Virus record (IMG/VR): IMGVR_UViG_3300009124_000034
Coordinates: 1-44,496 of that record
Length of the DNA stretch: 44,496 nt
Origin: a virus
Direction: 5' to 3' (one strand)
Shown here: positions 33,051 to 41,312 of the stretch, in pieces
Layout: every line of letters starts with the position of its first letter
How positions within the stretch are numbered: position 1 is the first letter of the stretch
Made by a program: the position numbers and the translations under genes
Notes under the pieces: generated by a model
What the model was told of the DNA's origin: nothing
Database searches by the model: none
What the model saw: only the letters and a program-made list of their open reading frames with translations

Positions 33051-33581
33051 GTGGCCGCAACAATCGACGCCACCCTTCAAGGAGCATCGTCCAACAGCTA
33101 TGTGACGCTGGCGGAAGCTGACGCTTATTTTGAGACAACGCCCGACGAATCTACGTGGACAAATAAAACCGACGATCAAAAGAACCGCTCAATTATTTCC
33201 GCCACCCGTTACATCGACGGCTTCGAATTTTACGGCACCCGTTGCACAACAACCCAAGCCCTGAAGTGGCCGCGCAAAGAATACAAAGTTGACGGCGTCG
33301 AAATCAAATGCACGTTTATCCCAGACGACGTCAAGATTGCAACCTTTGAGCTGGCACGTGCCTTAGCTAACGACCCCAACGCTTTAGTCAACACCAAGGG
33401 AACTGACGGCACCTACGAAGAAGTCAAATTGGGCGATCTAGAGGTCAAGTACAGCACCCAAACCCAGACCCAAGGACTGGTCAACAATATCTTGGACATT
33501 TACCCCTGGCTGCAATCCATGCTGGGTCTGTACACCCGTTCCGGCGCAACAAATTACGCCGTAACGCTCCTACGAGGTTGA
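33051..33581 (+). CDS. Head-tail connector protein (gp6-like)
   Basis: NSYVTLAEADAYFETT...W......QKNRSIISATRYID fits the gp6-type connector N-terminal pattern. GTG start. Confidence 0.7.
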   Translation: MAATIDATLQGASSNSYVTLAEADAYFETTPDESTWTNKTDDQKNRSIISATRYIDGFEFYGTRCTTTQALKWPRKEYKVDGVEIKCTFIPDDVKIATFELARALANDPNALVNTKGTDGTYEEVKLGDLEVKYSTQTQTQGLVNNILDIYPWLQSMLGLYTRSGATNYAVTLLRG

Positions 33582-33582
33582 T

Positions 33583-33960
33583 ATGGCAAGAATTGACGAC
33601 GTTTTCGGCGCAATCCCCCCAGCAATCCTTGCCGACTGGGGTCAAAACGTGACCTACATCAAAGCAGGACTCCCCGCGACCTATAACCCAACCACTGGAG
33701 CGGTCACAACATCCGAGACCACAGTCACAGTCAAGGCTGTGATCACCAGCGTCAACCCAAGCGAGTATGAGGGTTTGTACCAAACTACCGACGTCAAAAT
33801 TTTGTTCGGCGCTGGTGAATTAGGCGATTATTACCCAAGCGAAGCGGATCGTATTCAGTATCCGCAGGCAGGCGAAACCCGCGAAGCCAAAGTTATTAGT
33901 ATCGAGACCAAGCGTGGCGACAAGCCTATTTTCCACACCATCATCGCGAGGCCCCAATAA
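33583..33960 (+). CDS. Head closure / head-tail adaptor protein (by position)
   Basis: 125-aa ORF starting 2 nt after the connector gene stop. Confidence 0.5.
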   Translation: MARIDDVFGAIPPAILADWGQNVTYIKAGLPATYNPTTGAVTTSETTVTVKAVITSVNPSEYEGLYQTTDVKILFGAGELGDYYPSEADRIQYPQAGETREAKVISIETKRGDKPIFHTIIARPQ

Positions 33961-34499
33961 TGGCAAAACGATCAATAAAATTTTTAGTCAACGACATCAA
34001 AGCAGCAACAGTCGAAGCTGCCCGGAATGCTTCAGTCGATATTATGAACTCCTTAGCAAATAGGGGACCAGCTTGGACAGGCCGTTACTCAAGCGCCTGG
34101 TACGCCTTAGCTGAAGGTAATTCGCCAGGCACTAATAGATCTAACGGCAAAATCTACAAATACAATCTACGCAACGTACCAAAAGGTCGTTTCAGGGAAG
34201 GTCAGATGTATACCATTGTAAATGGTATGCCGTACGCAGACCAAGCACAAGATTTGACACCATTTGAGCGCCCTGGAGTAAAAATAGCTGAACCAAGTCC
34301 CAACTTAAAAAAGATTGAGTATGGAGAACGCGCCGAAGGCAGTCGCCGTGGGGATCTTAGTCCTGGAGAAGGCAACCGGAGCACGGCCCCACTTGACTGG
34401 TATTTGACCTACATAAACGGCGGAGCACTTCAAAAAGATTTAGGTGACGGAGTCAAAAGGGGCTTTGGTACGTTTAAACCTAAAGGGTTCGGGCGATGA
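33960..34499 (+). CDS. Tail completion / HK97 gp10-like protein (by position)
   Basis: 179-aa ORF with a TAATG overlap with the previous gene. Confidence 0.45.
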   Translation: MAKRSIKFLVNDIKAATVEAARNASVDIMNSLANRGPAWTGRYSSAWYALAEGNSPGTNRSNGKIYKYNLRNVPKGRFREGQMYTIVNGMPYADQAQDLTPFERPGVKIAEPSPNLKKIEYGERAEGSRRGDLSPGEGNRSTAPLDWYLTYINGGALQKDLGDGVKRGFGTFKPKGFGR

Positions 34500-34927
34500 A
34501 CTATCAAGCTATCCGCGCTGCTGTTGAGGCCCCTTTGCTAACGGCGTTCAACGATTTGTCTCCAGCAGTCCCTGTTTACTTCGACAACATCACTGCCGTC
34601 CCACCCAACACGACCACTGAGTATGTGCGGGTGAATGTGACTTTTGGCTTGACCAACGAACCAACCCTGACCAGCAGCGTTGATTTTGCCCGTGGTGCGG
34701 TTGTCATCCGCGTCTTTACAGAGAAGGGCCAAGGTCCAGCCCGTAATCAAACTTTGATTACAACTGCTGCAAATGTTTTAGAGACGCTCAACGACACAGC
34801 AAAAACAGATAGCGGAGTTTTCTTCCGTTTAAGTCAACTTGAGGGTCCAACATTTTCTGCCGAAGAAACATCCCCACACTTCATGGGACGTATCGAAGCT
34901 GGCTACAAAGCAACAGTAATGGCTTAA
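34496..34927 (+). CDS. Tail terminator-like protein (by position)
   Basis: 143-aa ORF with an ATGA overlap, immediately upstream of the major tail protein. Confidence 0.5.
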   Translation: MNYQAIRAAVEAPLLTAFNDLSPAVPVYFDNITAVPPNTTTEYVRVNVTFGLTNEPTLTSSVDFARGAVVIRVFTEKGQGPARNQTLITTAANVLETLNDTAKTDSGVFFRLSQLEGPTFSAEETSPHFMGRIEAGYKATVMA

Positions 34928-34992
34928 CAACAGTAGCTATCCTGTAAGAAGCCGGGCAGTGCCCGCAGAAAACTTCATTCTCCGGTACTTCA

Positions 34993-35763
34993 ATGGCCGC
35001 CACCGTTCTGTCCGGCACCTCAGGTGCCCTGTATTACAAACCTGCTGGCACCCTGGGCCAGTTTGCTGAGTCGGATGTCACCGTCGCAAGTGACACCGTC
35101 ACCGTTGCTCCCTACCTGAACTTTAAGGTGGGTGATCCTGTTATTTTCAGTGTTGTCAACACGACCACTGGCGCGGCAGGTTCCGGCACCCTACCCGCAG
35201 GCATCACAGCTGGTACGACGTACTACGTGATTTCCTACACCAACAGCACGGGTGTAATGCAGGTGTCCGCTACTTCTGGCGGTTCAACGATCACAATCAC
35301 GGACGACGGCACAGCAGTTGCCCCGAACAAGTTCCAAGTCGAATACGCAAGCTTTGCGTCTGTCGCACAAGTTCGTGAATGGAGCTTTGAGATCACCCGT
35401 GACGAAATCGACGTCACCACGATTGGCAGCACCCCAGGCCAGTACGTACCGTTCAAGACCTTTATTGCTGGTTTTGCCGACGGCTCTGGTAGTGCCACTG
35501 TGTATTTCACCGACACGGACGACGCTCTGGGCAACCGGATGATTGAGGACGTGCTGCAGCGCATCCAAACCGGTTGTAAGTTCAAGCTTTACACCGATCA
35601 GGTGTTTAGCAGCGGCTCCTTGGACGACACCTTGAGCCGTTCCATTGAGTTTGAAGCCAACCTGACGTCCGCAAGCCTGTCGATCAACCCCGACGACGCC
35701 CAAGCGGTGGAAATCAACTTCCGCCCAACCACCACCCCGACGTTCGACTTCGCCAAGTCCTGA
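34993..35763 (+). CDS. Major tail (tube) protein
   Basis: 256-aa ORF upstream of the chaperone/tape-measure genes. VREWSFEITRDEIDVTTIGS...GFADGSGSATVYF is a tube-protein pattern, and a strong terminator follows. Confidence 0.7.
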   Translation: MAATVLSGTSGALYYKPAGTLGQFAESDVTVASDTVTVAPYLNFKVGDPVIFSVVNTTTGAAGSGTLPAGITAGTTYYVISYTNSTGVMQVSATSGGSTITITDDGTAVAPNKFQVEYASFASVAQVREWSFEITRDEIDVTTIGSTPGQYVPFKTFIAGFADGSGSATVYFTDTDDALGNRMIEDVLQRIQTGCKFKLYTDQVFSSGSLDDTLSRSIEFEANLTSASLSINPDDAQAVEINFRPTTTPTFDFAKS

Positions 35764-35787
35764 TACACTAATACCTAGGGGAAAGGA

Positions 35788-35816
35788 GACTCCGGCTAAC
35801 CGCCGGGGTCTTTTTT
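35788..35816 (+). terminator. Rho-independent terminator after the major tail gene
   Basis: GACTCCGGC-taacc-GCCGGGGTC followed by TTTTTT. Confidence 0.85.
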
Positions 35817-35855
35817 ATTACATGGGCGCTACACTAATCTCATACATCTCGATTA

Positions 35856-36206
35856 GTGATGCCCGCTTCTACTTTGCGTGCAATTGACCGTCTGCGTAAG
35901 GCAGCAAACCTTGAGCCCGTAAAAAAGACCGTCGAACTTTCCGATGGCACGGTTTTTGAGTTGTACACAACGCCATTGACAATGGCTGAGCGTGAACGCG
36001 CCCAACGCAACGCAAAGTCCGATGATGCCAACGCTTTTGCGCTCCAGCTGCTGATCGCCAAAGCCCAAGATTCCAACGGCCAAAAGTTGTTCAGCGCAGG
36101 CGAAATCGACGTCCTCAAGAACGAAGTTAAAGACAAAGATCTCCAAGCTTTGATGCTTGCAATCCTCAGCGATGACGACGCTGCAGAGATGGACCCAAAA
36201 TCCTGA
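35856..36206 (+). CDS. Tail assembly chaperone (gpG-like)
   Basis: 116-aa acidic ORF directly upstream of the tape measure. It ends just after the slippery heptamer. Confidence 0.7.
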   Translation: MMPASTLRAIDRLRKAANLEPVKKTVELSDGTVFELYTTPLTMAERERAQRNAKSDDANAFALQLLIAKAQDSNGQKLFSAGEIDVLKNEVKDKDLQALMLAILSDDDAAEMDPKS

Positions 36207-36391
36207 GCGCTGAGCTTCGCAAAGACAACTGGCTCATGCTGCAGTTCGGCGTTGCCAAGGAACTGGGCATGAGCTTGTCGCAAGTTCGCGCCACCATGAC
36301 CCCCGAGGAGTTAATCGGCTGGAGCGCCTATTTCAAGGTGATCAACGACGAGCAGCAAAAGGAAATGGATAAGGCCAGACGCCGCCGCTAA
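35856..36391 (+). CDS. Tail assembly chaperone -1 frameshift product (gpGT-like)
   Basis: The -1 frame is open from 36200 to the TAA at 36389-36391 (63 more codons, ...ILSAELRKDNWLMLQFGVAKELGMSLSQVRATMTPEELIGWSAYFKVINDEQQKEMDKARRRR). Confidence 0.65.
36194..36200 (+). other. Programmed -1 ribosomal frameshift slippery heptamer C CCA AAA
   Basis: X XXY YYZ heptamer in the zero frame GAC CCA AAA TCC TGA, two codons before the gpG-like stop. Confidence 0.65.
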
Positions 36392-36422
36392 AGTAGCTAT
36401 ACACATATTTTGGCAGTGAGTT

Positions 36423-39400
36423 GTGCCCGCCTATAACGCCCCCATTACTGTTGACATTATCCTTAAGGGTGAGCGGGGCCTTGCTCGTGTTATTGATAAC
36501 ATTCAACAAGCAGAAAAAATAACAGCAAGGCTAAGCAGACAAACAAGTAATTTACTAGATTTAAAAGCAGATAAAGCAGGAGATCAACTTGCCGTATATC
36601 GGAAAAAATTACTTGAGGCAGTAAAAAGTATAGACAGCCTAGGAATTAACAGTCAAGACGCCTCAGCTAGATCTCGTATTTTAGGCAACACAGTTGCAGC
36701 CACTGCGGATAAGGCGGCAGCGCTAGCCGAAGCACTTGACAATATAAATATCAAAGCAGGCGGTTTAAAAAGAAACAGCGAAGAGGTAAGAAAATTTGCG
36801 CGGGCATTTGTTATTGCAGAAAAAGAAGCGTCTGAATACCAAAAGCGTTTAAACGATCTTATTCGAACATCAAAAGGTTTGCAGCTTCAGGCAGTTCGTG
36901 ACGCCGAAGTAGAACGTCGTAAACAAGCTGTGCGTGGAAGAGCCCCTAGAACACGCCTAGGCGGTATTGAACCCGGCGGCGGATATAAGGATCTTGAGGC
37001 TAATTTAAAACGCATCCAAGAAAAAGAACGTCAAATCCGTGAAGGGCGTGCCAAAGATGCAGAAAAGCTTAGGCAGCTAGTTGCTCTTAACAAGGGCATT
37101 GAGCGCAGTTTGGCGAAGATGTCAGAAGAAGGTAGTAAAAGATTACAGCTTCAAACTTTTTTAAATAAAGCCAAAGCATTTGAAGCAGAGCTATCAGAAA
37201 AATTAGTTGAGAACGCTAGAAAAGAACGGCTAGAAAACAAAAAACGTTTTATTGCTGGTGCGCGAGCCCAACAAGCACGAAGACGCCAATTCAAGGAAGA
37301 CTTATTTCTTGGTGCAGGTTTCCCGCTTTTAACAGGGGCAGGCCCTGGTGGGGTTCTAGGCGGTGTTGCTGGTGCGGTAGCTGGGGGAGGTAAAGGGGGT
37401 TTCGGGGCTCAAATTTTCTTCAGCGCTATAGGTAGCGCTGTAGATGAAATTGTTGGCAAACTCATTGCAGGGGCTTCAGCTCTTGGCCAAGCGCTTAACC
37501 CTGTCACAGCAAATATCGATGCGATCATTGCGGCATCAGGCAAGGCCAACACAATATTGGCACAAAGTATTCAAGAACTCGAAGGCGTAGGTTTAAAAAA
37601 CACAGCGTTAGCTTTAGCAACCAAAGAATTAGCCGGTGTTGTTGGCAATGAAGGGGTAAACAGTCTAAAAGAATTTGGTTCAGATACCCAAAAATTAAGC
37701 AATGAGTTTGCCCGAGCAATGACGCAAATGCAGGCAGCACTTGCAGAATTTATTAATCAGACAGGTATTTTAAAACGGCTTTTTGGGGTGATTGAAGATG
37801 CCACATTATTTAAGCAAGCACGCACTACAACAGATCCAAAAGTTGCGCTAGCCATGGCGCAATTTCGCGGAGCCGAAAGGGAACGGGATAAATTCACTAC
37901 GCCCGGGTTTCCAGTTTCTCCTAGGCTAGAATTCCAAGTTGCAAAAGCAAAAGAAAAGGTACTTAAAGCACAACGACAAGCAAATAAAGAAGAAGCTTAT
38001 AATATTATAGGGCTTACAAAGGCTTTTCTTGCCCAGAAGAAAAATTTAGAACTAGCGAATACTCAGCTAAGCGTAGCACAAAAGCAATTTTCTGCCCAAA
38101 AAATTGCAGGCGGTTTTGCAGAGCAACAGGCCAAAGCCCAAGAAGCTCAAGCGCAGTTCGATAAAAGGCGCAATGATATAGTTACTAATTACGAAAAAGG
38201 CATTGGTAACCTTAGGCGTAACATTGAAAACCAAATATCCACGATTAGGTTTAATAACCTTAAAAAAGAGAACCAAATCGAAGACCAAAGAGCAGCTAAT
38301 GAGCTGGTGCGTCTTCGTAATCAGCAAGCCGCTGCAGGTTTATTCACAGCTGGAACGGGTGGTAATCCTGCTTTAAGGCAGCAAACGGAAAGCCTTAGAG
38401 CCGCTGCAAATGCTTACAATATTAAAGTACTTGAGACAGAGCAAAAACGAGCTAAGCTTGACCGAGACTCTGCTCTAACCGTTCAAGAAATTGAATTTAG
38501 AGCTAATAAGTTTAAGCTTGATGTTGCTCGTCAATCCGCCGAGCTTGCTTTAAACGCCGAAAACAATATAAATAAACTCAATAAAGAAATTAATCAACGG
38601 AATGCTGCTTTTGATGAAGCACGCTTTAAAACAGAAGTAGAGATAGCCAAACTTCGCTTTGATGTGCTTAAAGCCGAGGCTTATTTCTTAGACCAAAAAA
38701 TTGCTGATCAAATAAAAGTAGCCAAGGATGTCGGAAATATTGAAGAAGCAAACCGCTTAAGACAGAACTCCGATCTAAATAGACGTTTTATAGATGTTCT
38801 TGCGGACGAAACCGAAGCGTTGGGAAACATTAAACCTCCCCAAGCTCTAACTGAGGTATCGGGCATTACGCGCAGCGGGCTTGACCTAACTGAATACAAC
38901 AGGCTAACAAAAGAGCAGATTAATTTAGAAAAAGAATTAAAACAGAGTCGCTTAGACGCTATAAGTGCCGAATTAGAAGCAGCAGGTTTAGATAGGTTAA
39001 AAGCTTCAGCAGACATTTTGCGACAAGTTCAAGGTGAATCAGTAGATGCTTTAGCCGCAAGAAACCTACAACTTGAAAAGTCTGCTCGTCTATCCGAGCT
39101 AACCCAGAAACTGGGCAGCCAAGCCCTTGCTCAAGAGTTGACAAATATAGAGTTTGCTACACGGGCTCAAGAGCAAAAAATTAATTTAGTCCAAGTAGAT
39201 CTAGAAGGCCAACAAAAAGCGTTAGAAGCCAAAGTACTGACGGGCAAGGCAAATGAAGAAGAAATAAAACAACTTGAACGCATCCAAGAATTACTACAGG
39301 AAATTAACAACCTGCGTGGGGACATAAAAACAACGGAAGCAGAACTTAAAGGGGCAGCAAAAGGGGAGATTGAAACTTTTATTGAACAAGCAGAGGGCCG

Positions 39401-40058
39401 TTTAAACAATATGCAAGCCTTAGCTGTGCGAGTTTCTGAAGGCATTGGTAACGCCATCGGCAATTCTCTTAATAACGGTATTTCACAACTAATTGAGGGT
39501 AGTGCGACAGTTAAAGAAGTTTTTGCCGACATGTTGAAGAGCATCGGTCAAGTTTTGGTGCAAGAGGGCACGAAGATGATCGCCACCTACATCGCGATCG
39601 GTATTGCCAAAGCTTTTGCGGGTATAGGTGGGCTAGACGGCGGGCAGAGTGGTGGTTTGGGCAATGACCTTTATGGCAACATGAATCCTTTTGCGGGCTT
39701 CCAGTTAGCTCCGTTTAGGGCAACAGGCGGACCCGTCAACGCCAATCGCCCTTACATAGTCGGCGAGCAAGGACCGGAACTCTTCACCCCGAACCAAGCA
39801 GGTCGCATCAGTTCCACCAGCGACACCCGCTCTTTGCTGGGACGTTCCCCAGTGGGTCAAGGCGCACCAGCGATGAACTTTACTTTTGAGACCACCAATA
39901 TCGGCGGTAAGGAATTCGTGGATCGCGAGCAGTTAGAAGCAGCAATGGCGGTTACCCGTCGTGAAGCTGCAAACGACGGCGCAAAGAGAGGTATGGGCAT
40001 GACCCTAGATAAAATGCAGCATAGCCCTGCGACACGCCGCCGAGTAGGTATTAGCTGA
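36423..40058 (+). CDS. Tape measure protein
   Basis: 1211-aa ORF with a GTG start. It is coiled-coil rich with a Gly-rich hydrophobic segment (GAGFPLLTGAGPGGVLGGVAGAVAGGGKGGFG) and sits downstream of the frameshifted chaperones. Confidence 0.9.
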   Translation: MPAYNAPITVDIILKGERGLARVIDNIQQAEKITARLSRQTSNLLDLKADKAGDQLAVYRKKLLEAVKSIDSLGINSQDASARSRILGNTVAATADKAAALAEALDNINIKAGGLKRNSEEVRKFARAFVIAEKEASEYQKRLNDLIRTSKGLQLQAVRDAEVERRKQAVRGRAPRTRLGGIEPGGGYKDLEANLKRIQEKERQIREGRAKDAEKLRQLVALNKGIERSLAKMSEEGSKRLQLQTFLNKAKAFEAELSEKLVENARKERLENKKRFIAGARAQQARRRQFKEDLFLGAGFPLLTGAGPGGVLGGVAGAVAGGGKGGFGAQIFFSAIGSAVDEIVGKLIAGASALGQALNPVTANIDAIIAASGKANTILAQSIQELEGVGLKNTALALATKELAGVVGNEGVNSLKEFGSDTQKLSNEFARAMTQMQAALAEFINQTGILKRLFGVIEDATLFKQARTTTDPKVALAMAQFRGAERERDKFTTPGFPVSPRLEFQVAKAKEKVLKAQRQANKEEAYNIIGLTKAFLAQKKNLELANTQLSVAQKQFSAQKIAGGFAEQQAKAQEAQAQFDKRRNDIVTNYEKGIGNLRRNIENQISTIRFNNLKKENQIEDQRAANELVRLRNQQAAAGLFTAGTGGNPALRQQTESLRAAANAYNIKVLETEQKRAKLDRDSALTVQEIEFRANKFKLDVARQSAELALNAENNINKLNKEINQRNAAFDEARFKTEVEIAKLRFDVLKAEAYFLDQKIADQIKVAKDVGNIEEANRLRQNSDLNRRFIDVLADETEALGNIKPPQALTEVSGITRSGLDLTEYNRLTKEQINLEKELKQSRLDAISAELEAAGLDRLKASADILRQVQGESVDALAARNLQLEKSARLSELTQKLGSQALAQELTNIEFATRAQEQKINLVQVDLEGQQKALEAKVLTGKANEEEIKQLERIQELLQEINNLRGDIKTTEAELKGAAKGEIETFIEQAEGRLNNMQALAVRVSEGIGNAIGNSLNNGISQLIEGSATVKEVFADMLKSIGQVLVQEGTKMIATYIAIGIAKAFAGIGGLDGGQSGGLGNDLYGNMNPFAGFQLAPFRATGGPVNANRPYIVGEQGPELFTPNQAGRISSTSDTRSLLGRSPVGQGAPAMNFTFETTNIGGKEFVDREQLEAAMAVTRREAANDGAKRGMGMTLDKMQHSPATRRRVGIS

Positions 40059-40471
40059 TGGCAAGTTCTTTCCCAGTCATGATTCCGTCATCGCGGAAGT
40101 TTAAGATGGGCGAACTACCCACCAAAACCTACCGTTCAATGTCTGGTGCAGTGGTACGTCGAGCTTTTGGCAACAAGAAAACAAACTACACACTCGACCT
40201 GGAATTTAAAAATATCGGTGATGACGTTGCATTTCGTCAGTACTCAGGCACTGTCGAAGCAATTTTAAAGCACTACGAAGATGCTAACGGTACATTCAAC
40301 GCTTTTACTATCCCTAACAGGGTTTTCCGGGGCATGGGGGACGATACACAGTCTTATATTCAGGGACCAGACAATGTGTCTTGGCGCTACGCAGAGCCAC
40401 CCAACGTCACCTCAGTGCGCCCAGGAATCAGTACGGTACAGGTCAAATTGATTGGGGAGCTTGACGACTAA
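40058..40471 (+). CDS. Minor tail protein (gpM-like position)
   Basis: 137-aa ORF with a TGATG overlap with the tape measure gene. Confidence 0.5.
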   Translation: MASSFPVMIPSSRKFKMGELPTKTYRSMSGAVVRRAFGNKKTNYTLDLEFKNIGDDVAFRQYSGTVEAILKHYEDANGTFNAFTIPNRVFRGMGDDTQSYIQGPDNVSWRYAEPPNVTSVRPGISTVQVKLIGELDD

Positions 40472-40941
40472 TGACAATTGAAATCCGAATTTGCCAGTTT
40501 TTCGAGCTTTACACAAATAACGGTGTTAGCCACCGCTACCAAAACTACTTTGTAAAGGAGAGTAAATCTCTAGGTGGTAATAGCTATACGTTTGCTCCTT
40601 TCCAAGTTGATGGGGGTGTTTCAAGTCTTAACGCAGACAACGACCAGCTACAGGTTTTATTTCCGGCCACAGAATATGCAATTCGTCTAGTGGAGGAGGC
40701 TAACGGCAACAGAAAAAGCCGCCTAGAACTTTTCACACGTTTTGTAAACGAAAATGGCGACGTGCTTGTAAGCAACCACGACGGGTATTTTGTTGGAACG
40801 GGTGCTGCGTTTAGCGACGACACGGTCGAGTTACGTTTCCGCTCTGCCATTGATGGAATTACTCAAAATATGCCAGCCCGCAAGCTATCCAGGGAAAACG
40901 TCGGTATTCTTCCGTTGGAATCGCAATTAAATCTTCGATGA
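40471..40941 (+). CDS. Minor tail protein (gpL-like position)
   Basis: 156-aa ORF with a TAATG overlap. Confidence 0.45.
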   Translation: MTIEIRICQFFELYTNNGVSHRYQNYFVKESKSLGGNSYTFAPFQVDGGVSSLNADNDQLQVLFPATEYAIRLVEEANGNRKSRLELFTRFVNENGDVLVSNHDGYFVGTGAAFSDDTVELRFRSAIDGITQNMPARKLSRENVGILPLESQLNLR

Positions 40942-41312
40942 ACGACCTAATCGGTTTGGAGTATTGCTGGGGCGCACATCCAAGAGACGGCAGAAACAAA
41001 ACCGATTGCTTTCAGCTTGTTTGCGAGATTCGCTTCCGTTTGGGTTTGTCGGATTACACCGAAAAATTTGCTTGGGCCTACTGGCTCTACAACGAGAACA
41101 CACTAAAGCCGAGAAATATGGCTCGCTGGTTATTACAGGAGGGCGAGCGTATTAAAATGCCGGTAACTGGTGCGGTTGCACTCCTCAAGGAATCCAACAA
41201 TGCGGCTCTCGGCACTGTGACAGATCAAGGTCTGATCTGTATCGCACCAGGGGGCCGCGTTATTTGTATTCCAACGAGCCGGGTATCTGCGTACTATTTC
41301 TGGGTTGATTGA
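40938..41312 (+). CDS. NlpC/P60-type tail protein (gpK-like)
   Basis: LEYCWGAHPRDGRNKTDCFQLVCEI fits the y.wGg.....DCSGlv catalytic-Cys motif. Overlapping start and stop codons on both sides. Confidence 0.6.
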   Translation: MNDLIGLEYCWGAHPRDGRNKTDCFQLVCEIRFRLGLSDYTEKFAWAYWLYNENTLKPRNMARWLLQEGERIKMPVTGAVALLKESNNAALGTVTDQGLICIAPGGRVICIPTSRVSAYYFWVD

